DNA of 64,000 nt, taken from contig CAZMXG010000008.1 of assembly GCA_964570175.1 (NCBI GenBank), positions 2,114 through 66,113 of the forward strand, given 5' to 3'. Below the pieces are notes generated by a model, which had not been told where the DNA came from, searched no databases, and saw only the letters and a program-made list of their open reading frames with translations. Origin of the DNA: an uncultured Heliomicrobium sp. GTDB taxonomy: Bacteria > Acidobacteriota > Blastocatellia > RBC074. Positions 49,076 through 59,573 of this stretch are shown in pieces. A program made the translations under genes and the position numbers. Position 1 is the first letter of the stretch, and each line of letters starts with the position of its first letter.

Positions 49076-49166
49076 CGGAGCAGAAGCTGTGAGCAATAAC
49101 GTGTCGGCAGGCTTCCCCCGTTGCCCGACCGACGCCCGGTCGTTATCGCTCACGGCATCTGCTCCG
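49076..49166. repeat. Long (26-bp stem) imperfect hairpin downstream of the 48196-49053 gene
   Basis: cggagcagaagctgtgagcaataacg (49076-49101) pairs with cgttatcgctcacggcatctgctccg (49141-49166) at 23 of 26 positions. The 39-nt loop has further internal pairing (gtcggcag/ttgcccgac). Confidence 0.5.
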
Positions 49167-49354
49167 AACCGTTAGCGGCGAACGCGAATCAGCCGCCATC
49201 TGCCGTTGTCCGCGTATTGTTGCAGAACGGCGTGGTTATCGGTGGCGAAGAAGTCCGTTTTGCTTTTTCGCCGTCACCTCTTAACGCGAAAAGATCAGGG
49301 CAAACCTCTAAGGCCGGAGAAAAAATTTTTGAGGGTGTATAATCCGCGCCGCTC

Positions 49355-49924
49355 ATGACAAATCCATCTCAACAAAATGTGACGCAATTGCTGGAAGCCT
49401 GGAACAAGGGCGACGAATCGGCGCGCGATGAATTGTTGCCGCTGGTGTATCAGGAACTGCATAAACTGGCTGGGCGCTATCTTGGCCGGGAACGCACCGG
49501 ACACACGCTGCAAACAACGGCGCTGGTCCACGAAGCCTATCTGCGGCTGGTAGATCAAAAAGACGCCCAGTGGCAAAACCGCTCGCATTTCTTTGCGGTG
49601 GCGGCAACACAAATGCGGCGCGTGCTGGTTGATTACGCGCGCAGCCGTCACATGGCCAAACGCGGAGGCGGCGCCCAGCAGGTGGAACTGGACGAGGCGC
49701 TGGTGGTTTCGGACGAACGCGCCGCCGATGTCGTCGCACTGGATGATGCGCTGAAGGCGCTGGCCGAATTCGATGAACGCAAATGCCGCATGGTCGAACT
49801 TCGCTTTTTTGGCGGCCTGAGCATCGAAGAAACGGCGGAAGTGTTAGGCGTTTCGCCCGGCACGGTGATGCGCGACTGGACGTTGGCAAAAGCCTGGCTG
49901 CAACGGGAAATTGAAAAAGAATAG
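49355..49924 (+). CDS. ECF-type RNA polymerase sigma factor (kinase-associated, ECF43-like)
   Basis: Contains VTQLLEAWNKGDESARDELLPLVYQELHKLA...HTLQTTALVHEAYLRL, region 4 MVELRFFGGLSIEETAEVLGVSPGTVMRDW, and is followed by a kinase gene. Confidence 0.9.
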   Translation: MTNPSQQNVTQLLEAWNKGDESARDELLPLVYQELHKLAGRYLGRERTGHTLQTTALVHEAYLRLVDQKDAQWQNRSHFFAVAATQMRRVLVDYARSRHMAKRGGGAQQVELDEALVVSDERAADVVALDDALKALAEFDERKCRMVELRFFGGLSIEETAEVLGVSPGTVMRDWTLAKAWLQREIEKE

Positions 49925-50005
49925 GTATTAGGTGATAGGTTTCAGGTGTTAGGTTCTCAATTCCTGAATACCTATCCCCACCTCCTAACCCCAATCTCCT
50001 AACTC
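49921..50005. repeat. Hairpin spacer between the ECF sigma and kinase genes (TAGGT/TTAGG arm and CCTAA/CCTAT arm)
   Basis: ggtgataggtttcagg (49931-49946) pairs with cctgaatacctatcccc (49962-49978). The flanks, ataggtatta... and ...cctcctaaccccaatctcctaactcc, continue the purine/pyrimidine asymmetry. It spans from the sigma stop codon to 3 nt before the kinase ATG. Confidence 0.5.
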
Positions 50006-50008
50006 CCA

Positions 50009-51142
50009 ATGCAAACGGATCGCTGGCGACAAATTGAAGCTCTCTTCCATCAGGCGTTGGAGCGTTCGCCGAACGAACGCGACCTGTTTCTGGCGATGGC
50101 TTGCGGAACCGATGCGGCGTTGCGACGGGAAGTCGAATCGCTGTTGGCTACGCAGCAAAAAACGGACGGCTTACTGGAAACACCGGCGGCTGATCTGGCG
50201 GCAGAGTGGGCGCAGGCAAGCCACCAATCAAAAGGCCGAACGGAAAAATTGAAGCAGCAGGCGATTGGGCCGTATCAAATTCTTTCCAAGTTGGGCAAAG
50301 GCGGAATGGGCGAAGTTTATCTGGCCGAAGACAGCCGGTTACGGCGCAAAGTGGCGCTGAAACTGCTTCCGGCAGAAATTGCCAATCGCAAAGAACGATT
50401 GCGCCGCTTCCAGACGGAAGCCCTTGCTGCCAGCGCCACCAATCATCCCAACATCATCACCATTTACGAAATCGGCGTTGTGGATTCGATTCATTTTCTG
50501 GCCACGGAATTCGTCGAAGGCCAAACGCTGCGAAAATTGCTGACCAGCCGCGAACTGGAACTTGGCGAATCTCTGGACATTGCCATACAAATTGCCGGAG
50601 CGCTTTCTTCCGCGCATACGGCAGGAGTTCGCCACCGCGACATCAAACCGGAAAACATCATGGTGCGGCCTGACGGATTGGTGAAGGTGTTGGATTTCGG
50701 TCTGGCCAAGTTGGAAGAGCCGCGCGCAATTATGACGGATTCAAGCGCGACGACTTTTGTTGATGTGAACACCTTGCCCGGAATGGTGATGGGAACGGCG
50801 CAATACATGTCGCCTGAACAGACGCGCGGGCTGGAACTGGACCATCGCACGGACATTTTCAGTCTCGGCGTTGTGCTATATGAAATGGCAACCGGAAACG
50901 CTCCGTTTAGCGGTGATGAAGTGATCGAAGTCATGGCTTCAATCGCACACCGCCAACCGGTGGCGCTGACCAAGCTGGCGCTAAAGGCTCCCGCCCGCTT
51001 GGAACAAATCGTCAATCAAGCGCTACAAAAGAATCGCGACCAGCGGTATCAAACTGCCGCCCAATTTCAGGCTGACTTGAAAGAATTAAAGCTGGAACTG
51101 GAGATCAAAGCCTGGCTGGAAAAGAATCCCGGTCGGATGTAA
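50009..51142 (+). CDS. Ser/Thr protein kinase (soluble), partner of the upstream ECF sigma
   Basis: The N-terminal domain reads DRWRQIEALFHQALERSPNERDLFL...REVESLL. Kinase motifs: GKGGMGEVYLAED, VALKLL, HRDIKPENIMV, DFGLAK, and YMSPEQ. Confidence 0.9.
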   Translation: MQTDRWRQIEALFHQALERSPNERDLFLAMACGTDAALRREVESLLATQQKTDGLLETPAADLAAEWAQASHQSKGRTEKLKQQAIGPYQILSKLGKGGMGEVYLAEDSRLRRKVALKLLPAEIANRKERLRRFQTEALAASATNHPNIITIYEIGVVDSIHFLATEFVEGQTLRKLLTSRELELGESLDIAIQIAGALSSAHTAGVRHRDIKPENIMVRPDGLVKVLDFGLAKLEEPRAIMTDSSATTFVDVNTLPGMVMGTAQYMSPEQTRGLELDHRTDIFSLGVVLYEMATGNAPFSGDEVIEVMASIAHRQPVALTKLALKAPARLEQIVNQALQKNRDQRYQTAAQFQADLKELKLELEIKAWLEKNPGRM

Positions 51143-51149
51143 ACGCAAA

Positions 51150-51185
51150 GCAGGGCAGATTTTCCAATCTGCCCTGCAATTGTTT
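51150..51185 (+). terminator. Rho-independent terminator after the kinase gene
   Basis: A perfect 12-bp stem, gcagggcagatt-ttcc-aatctgccctgc, is followed by aattgtttt. A second hairpin, ggccggtt-ggaa-aaccggcc (51202-51221), faces the convergent gene. Confidence 0.7.
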
Positions 51186-51229
51186 TGGCAAAGCAAACAT
51201 CGGCCGGTTGGAAAACCGGCCTTACTGTT

Positions 51230-51871
51230 TTACGGAGCGACGGCGCGCATGCGTTTGCCAGTGACTTGGATGTTATCGGAAAACACAACCATCCCCGTGG
51301 TTCCTTCGACCACTTCAAATTTGCCTTTTCCTGAAAAGCTTTCCTGATCTGAATTCAGCGTGATGAGCTGACGAAAGCCGATTTTGCCGAATGGCGCCTG
51401 GAATTTGTCATCCACGGCATAGCCGCTGTAGGAGGCAATGAACTGCAATCCGCCGTTATGTTGCCAGGCGCCCTGTTCGGGAGTGGTTGGGTTTGGCAAC
51501 AACAATGAAGCTTCAGCGGCGTGGAGAATCGTTCCTTCGCCATCGGCGCGACCCGGGAAAACGCTCAGCGTGGAGGTCACGTGCGAACCATCGCTGAAGT
51601 TCAATGTCAGTTCCCAGCATCCCACCAGCGCATTTTTTTGGCGGGTCAAAATATCCGTCAATCCCCCCTGCAATGGTGCAGCGCTCAATGTTTGGGGCAG
51701 TGTTTCTGCGTCAAGCCGTTCAATGACCGGCGCGCGTTCGCCTGAAGCGATCCGCTGGGCAATACGTTGTTTCACTTCCACTGCGCCGCTGGTCTGTGCC
51801 AGCGCGGGGGTGAACGAACAGGCGATAAACAAAACGGTCGCAACGGTCAGCAGAATTCTTTTGTTAAACAT
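51230..51871 (-). CDS. Hypothetical secreted protein
   Basis: I prefer the internal ATG at 51871 (MFNKRILLTVATVLFIACSFTPALAQ signal peptide, GGAGA RBS). I recognise no family. Confidence 0.5.
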   Translation of the reverse strand: MFNKRILLTVATVLFIACSFTPALAQTSGAVEVKQRIAQRIASGERAPVIERLDAETLPQTLSAAPLQGGLTDILTRQKNALVGCWELTLNFSDGSHVTSTLSVFPGRADGEGTILHAAEASLLLPNPTTPEQGAWQHNGGLQFIASYSGYAVDDKFQAPFGKIGFRQLITLNSDQESFSGKGKFEVVEGTTGMVVFSDNIQVTGKRMRAVAP

Positions 51872-52082
51872 ATGATTTTCTCCAAAGTTTAGGTTGTCAG
51901 CTTTCGGTTTCTGGTTAATCATTCCGCGCCGCTTTCAGCCTGCATTGGCCCAGCGGCTTTCGCGCTTTAATTGCGCTCGTCTGCTTAGGCGCGAAGCTCC
52001 GGTCAAAAAGGTCATGGCCGGAAAATTTTTTGAAAAAATCTTTTGTGCATGAGTGCCTCGTAAAATTGACGGAGGTTTCTCA

Positions 52083-52654
52083 ATGGCCACTACCTCACAC
52101 GAACAAGTTACAGAGTTGTTGCTCGCCTGGGGACAGGGGGACGAATCGGCGTTGGAACGATTGGTGCCAATGGTGTACGGCGAATTGCACCGGCTGGCGC
52201 ACCGCTATTTGGGCGGCGAACGGGCAGGCCACATGCTGCAAACGACTGCGCTGGTCAACGAGGCCTATTTGCGGTTGGTGGATTCGCGCCGCGTGCAATG
52301 GCAAAACCGCGCTCATTTTTTTGCCGTCTCGGCGCAGTTGATGCGGCGCGTGCTGGTGGATTTTGCCCGTTCGCGCAATTACCAGAAACGCGGCGGCGAC
52401 GCCGTTCAGGTTTCTTTGCACGAAGATCTGGCCGGTTCCACAGAGCGAGGCACTGATCTGGTTGCGCTGGACGACGCTTTGACCGCGATGACGAAAACCG
52501 ATGAACGCGCCAGCCGCGTAGTTGAGTTGCGTTTCTTCGGCGGACTGAGCATCGAAGAAACCGCCGAAGTGCTGAAAATTTCCCCGGAAACCGTCAAGCG
52601 CGATTGGAACTGGGCAAAAGTCTGGTTGTTGCGCGAACTGAGCGGAGAAAAACC

Positions 52655-52658
<4 letters not shown>
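52083..52658 (+). CDS. ECF-type RNA polymerase sigma factor (kinase-associated), paralogue of 49355-49924
   Basis: Contains VTELLLAWGQGDESALERLVPMVYGELHRLA...HMLQTTALVNEAYLRL and VELRFFGGLSIEETAEVLKISPETVKRDW. The ATG at 52083 aligns with the paralogue's N-terminus. Confidence 0.9.
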
Positions 52659-55933
<3,275 letters not shown>

Positions 55934-55939
55934 GCTCTT

Positions 55940-56473
55940 ATGGTCGAAAACCCGGAACAACAAATTCAAGATTCAGTTTATTCACCGCAGATTGTCACAG
56001 AATTTCATTTGCTTGATCCGCGCACGGTCAACCTGTGGCGACTGACGTATCTGATTACGTTCGGCATCTTTTTGCTGGTTATGCTGGGAGTTGCCGTCAG
56101 TACAGGCGTGGCTGTACCGGCTACGCGTATCTGGATGGCCGTTGGCTGGGGAACGCTGGCGACAATCTGCCTGTGGTTTTGTTTCTGGTTTCCGCGCCGA
56201 TATTACCAGTCGTGGCGTTGGAGGCTTGACGCAAAGGTGCTGGAGCTTCGTCACGGGCGATTGGTGGAACATACGCGGTTCATCCCCTTGGCGCGCTTGC
56301 AGCACGTAGATTTGGAGCGCGGGCCGTTAGAACGGATTTTTGGATTGGCTTCGCTGATTATTCACACGGCGGGAACGCACGCCGCCACCACCCGGATTCC
56401 GGGCCTTGAAGCCGAAGAAGCTGCGCGATTGCGCGACCATCTGGTCGAAATCGGAGGCGATGATGCCGTTTGA
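55940..56473 (+). CDS. Membrane bPH_2 (bacterial PH) domain protein, YdbS-like
   Basis: 177 aa. Two TM segments are followed by ...LELRHGRLVEHTRFIPLARLQHVDLERGPLERIFGLASLIIHTAG. Confidence 0.7.
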   Translation: MVENPEQQIQDSVYSPQIVTEFHLLDPRTVNLWRLTYLITFGIFLLVMLGVAVSTGVAVPATRIWMAVGWGTLATICLWFCFWFPRRYYQSWRWRLDAKVLELRHGRLVEHTRFIPLARLQHVDLERGPLERIFGLASLIIHTAGTHAATTRIPGLEAEEAARLRDHLVEIGGDDAV

Positions 56474-58013
56474 CGATTTCACTCCGCCGCCCGCATTGGA
56501 ACAGATGGGGCAGGACAACAAGATTTTTGAAGGGCGATTGCATCCGCTGACGCTAGTGATTGGGTTGACCAAGTACGGGCGCGCTTTGATTCCTGCCGGG
56601 GCTTTGGTGATGTTTGGAAATCGCTGGGCTGGAATCCCCATCTTGTTTTTCACGCTACTCGGCCTTGGAGCTACGCTCGTCAAATATTTTTCCTTCCGCT
56701 ATCGAATCGAAAACGGCGAATTGATCACGCAAGAAGGCTTGCTGGAAAAGCGCCAGCGCAATATCCCGCTGGAACGCATTCAGGAAATCAGCATCGAACA
56801 AGGCCTGCTGCATCGGTTGCTGGGCGTTGTGGATGCCAAGGTTGAAACCGGCAGCGGCGGCGGAGCAGAAGCCAGCTTGTCTGTGCTTTCGCGCACCGAA
56901 GCGGAAAAATTTCGCCAGATGGTGTTTTCGCATGGCGCAAGAAAGGGATTGGTCGGCCATCCAGCTTCAGCGGAAGAGTCTGCTGCCCCCATTCCTGAAT
57001 CCGTCCTGATTCGCCGCCTCAGCATCCGGGACCTGGTGATTTCCGGGCTGACTTCAAACCATCTGCTGTCGGCGATGGTGCTGGCAGGAGCGGTTTGGAA
57101 TTTTGCCGACGACCTGTTGCCCAATTCGATCTATGAAAAAACCGGAAAGCTGATTGTCGGCGAAGCCAGACATTTGGCGGCTCAGGGCGTCGCCGCTGCC
57201 ATTGGGGTTTTCGTGCTTGGGCTGCTGGGCATTGCCATCATCGGAATCGTCTTTTCGGTCATTGGGTCTGTGTTGTTGTTCTATGGCTTCACATTTTCGC
57301 GCCGGGGTGACGACTTGCAGCGCCGCTACGGACTGCTGACGAAACGTTCCAGCAGCTTGCCTCGGCGGCGCATTCAGGTTTTGGAAATCGAAGAGAAGGC
57401 GTTGCGCCGGTTGTTTGGCTGGGCGACGCTGCGGGCTGATACCTCCGGCAGACAGCGCGAAGACAAAGACGATAATCAGGGGCGCGACGTGCTGTTGCCG
57501 ATTGTTGCTGCGCGTGATGTGGACGAATTGCTGCCCAGCGTTTTTCCCGATTTTGCCGAAGACAACTCCGAATGGCGTCGCGCTTCGGACAAGACTGTGC
57601 GGCGCGAAACCACGGAAGCCGCGGTTCTTTGCCTGGTGTTGGCGATTGCCTTGTTTGCCTGGCGCGGCAGTTGGGTTGCGATTTTGCCGCTGGTGCTAGT
57701 GCCGCTGTTTTATTTCGCCCAGGCGTTAAGCTATCGCCATTTGGGATACGCGCTTGGCGAAGCATACTTTCGCACGCGGCGCGGTTGGCTGGGACGTTCA
57801 ACGCACATCGTTCCCATCAACAAAATTCAGGCCGTCGAGGTTCACCAAACTCCCTTTGATCGTTGGTGGGGCGTTGCGACGTTAACCGTGGACACCGCAG
57901 GCCAGGCATTTACCGGAGGCGGTCCGCAGATCAGCAATTTGCCTTTGTTGGAAGCCCGCGAACTTGCCGCTGTCTTGTCTCAGCGTGCCGCTGGAACGAA
58001 TTACAAGTGGTGA
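56460..58013 (+). CDS. Membrane protein with three bPH_2 domains, YdbT-like
   Basis: Three repeats of the pattern ...R..IPLERIQ.I...QG.L.R.LG...L.V.T.G. are separated by TM pairs. The ATG at 56460 overlaps the upstream gene by 14 nt. Confidence 0.7.
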   Translation: MMPFDDFTPPPALEQMGQDNKIFEGRLHPLTLVIGLTKYGRALIPAGALVMFGNRWAGIPILFFTLLGLGATLVKYFSFRYRIENGELITQEGLLEKRQRNIPLERIQEISIEQGLLHRLLGVVDAKVETGSGGGAEASLSVLSRTEAEKFRQMVFSHGARKGLVGHPASAEESAAPIPESVLIRRLSIRDLVISGLTSNHLLSAMVLAGAVWNFADDLLPNSIYEKTGKLIVGEARHLAAQGVAAAIGVFVLGLLGIAIIGIVFSVIGSVLLFYGFTFSRRGDDLQRRYGLLTKRSSSLPRRRIQVLEIEEKALRRLFGWATLRADTSGRQREDKDDNQGRDVLLPIVAARDVDELLPSVFPDFAEDNSEWRRASDKTVRRETTEAAVLCLVLAIALFAWRGSWVAILPLVLVPLFYFAQALSYRHLGYALGEAYFRTRRGWLGRSTHIVPINKIQAVEVHQTPFDRWWGVATLTVDTAGQAFTGGGPQISNLPLLEARELAAVLSQRAAGTNYKW

Positions 58014-58076
58014 AAGTTTCAGCTTCACTTTGCGCCGAACGCGATAGCATAATCTTACCGGTAAGGAGGTTCTTGA

Positions 58077-58736
58077 ATGAGCACACCGCAAGCAAAACTC
58101 GTCAGCTATTTTACCGAAGAAGAGTATCTGGCTATGGAACGTGCCTCGGACGTGAAGCACGAATATCTTGATGGCAAGATTTATGCGATGGCCGGGGAAA
58201 TGCCCGCTCACGGCAGGATCAGCGTGAATCTTGTGATTGAGATTGGCAATCAGCTAAAGGGCACTCAGTGCGAGGTTTTTACCAAGGACACAAAAGTTCG
58301 CAGTGGCCCCGATCCCAAACCGCTTTGGCCGCCGAAAGGACTGTTTTCTTATCCGGACGTTGTGCTCCTTTGCGGCGAAGCGAAGTATCACGACCATTAC
58401 CGCGACGTTCTGCTCAACCCAAAAGTCATCATAGAAGTTTTGTCAGAAGGAACAGCCGAATATGATTTCAGCGAAAAGTTTCGGCGCTACCGCGAGTGGT
58501 TGCCTTCGTTGAGTAATTACATTCTGGTTTCCTCGCTCGAAACCATGATCGAACATTACCGCAGACAGCCGAACAACGACTGGCTGCTGTCAACATTAAC
58601 AAGCCCCGAAGCCATTTTGACGATTGAATCGGCCGGCTGCACGGTAAAACTGAGCGATATTTATGCCCGCGTTGAATTCCAGCAACCACAAATCGAACAA
58701 GATGACGCAGAGTCCATCCAACCAGAATCACAATGA
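58077..58736 (+). CDS. Uma2 family (DUF820) endonuclease, second copy
   Basis: Contains EYLDGKIYAMAGE...YPDVVLLCG...KVIIEVLSEGTAEYDFSEKFRRYREWLPSLSNYILV. RBS AAGGAGG. Confidence 0.8.
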   Translation: MSTPQAKLVSYFTEEEYLAMERASDVKHEYLDGKIYAMAGEMPAHGRISVNLVIEIGNQLKGTQCEVFTKDTKVRSGPDPKPLWPPKGLFSYPDVVLLCGEAKYHDHYRDVLLNPKVIIEVLSEGTAEYDFSEKFRRYREWLPSLSNYILVSSLETMIEHYRRQPNNDWLLSTLTSPEAILTIESAGCTVKLSDIYARVEFQQPQIEQDDAESIQPESQ

Positions 58737-59287
58737 AAAATCTTCTGAAGGCATTCTTTCTTGCAGCGCTCTGCTCAGCCGCCAGCCAAATCATGTTTGC
58801 TCAAGCCAAACAGGCTCCATCAAAAAAACAGGCCAAAGCAGAAGCTTCGATTTGGGAAGAGGCTTCGGCGGATCGCTCCAGAATTTATGTGTTGCGACTA
58901 AAGCCAGGCCAGGATTTGCGCGTCGAATTGGAGCGATTTGCCAAAGCCAAAAACATCCAGGCTGGATTCATTGTTACTTGTGTCGGCAGCTTGCAAAAAG
59001 CGGCGTTGCGGTTGGCGGACAAAAGCGATTCGACCAAGTATGACGGCAAATTCGAGATCGTTTCGCTGGTTGGGACGCTTTCGCCGGACGGGCCGCATCT
59101 GCACGTTTCCATTTCCGATGGCGAAGGAAAAACGCTGGGCGGGCATTTGGTCGCTGGCTGCGAGATTTACACGACCGCAGAAATTGTCATTGGAGACGCC
59201 GTAGGGCTGAAAATGATGCGAGAGCCGGATGCCCAAAGCGGTTATCAGGAGTTGAAGGTTTACAAAAAATCCGGCATAAAGCGCTGA
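58733..59287 (+). CDS. Secreted PPC (DUF296) domain protein
   Basis: It has a signal peptide, then RIYVLRLKPGQDL...FIVTCVGSLQKA...FEIVSLVGTLS...PHLHVSISDGEGKTLGGHL. An ATGA overlap links it to Uma2. Confidence 0.7.
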   Translation: MKNLLKAFFLAALCSAASQIMFAQAKQAPSKKQAKAEASIWEEASADRSRIYVLRLKPGQDLRVELERFAKAKNIQAGFIVTCVGSLQKAALRLADKSDSTKYDGKFEIVSLVGTLSPDGPHLHVSISDGEGKTLGGHLVAGCEIYTTAEIVIGDAVGLKMMREPDAQSGYQELKVYKKSGIKR

Positions 59288-59573
59288 CAGTCCATTGGTT
59301 TCAACTCCAAGCGCAGCCACGGTTTGCCAGCGTAAATTCTCCATTTTTTCGTGCCAAGTTGCGATTTTCGGATTGATTGGCCTCCAGAGGAAAACGTGTC
59401 CCCGCTCCTCTCTTTCAATAATTGAGCTAACTGCTGAAATGTTTGTGGATACCGGCTCTACTGAAAGCCAAAAAATGCAAGCTCATGATGGAATATGAGT
59501 TGCCTGTGCAAAGCGGAAATAACTTATCTCCAATGACATTTCATCAAGCAAAACCAAAATTCTGAGGAAGAAG

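Noticed and set aside
49121-49342. A 73-aa plus-strand ORF upstream of the first ECF sigma.
   Set aside because: It has no RBS and no recognisable motif, and it spans the hairpin's right arm and the putative promoter. It is more likely non-coding.
59288-59573. The 286-bp leader of the TonB-dependent receptor, considered as a possible riboswitch (for example cobalamin) or a small ORF (MMEYELPVQSGNNLSPMTFHQAKPKF).
   Set aside because: I could not recognise any riboswitch core motif (there is no B12-box-like GCCACTG). The small ORF has no RBS or conservation evidence. This stays unresolved rather than called.
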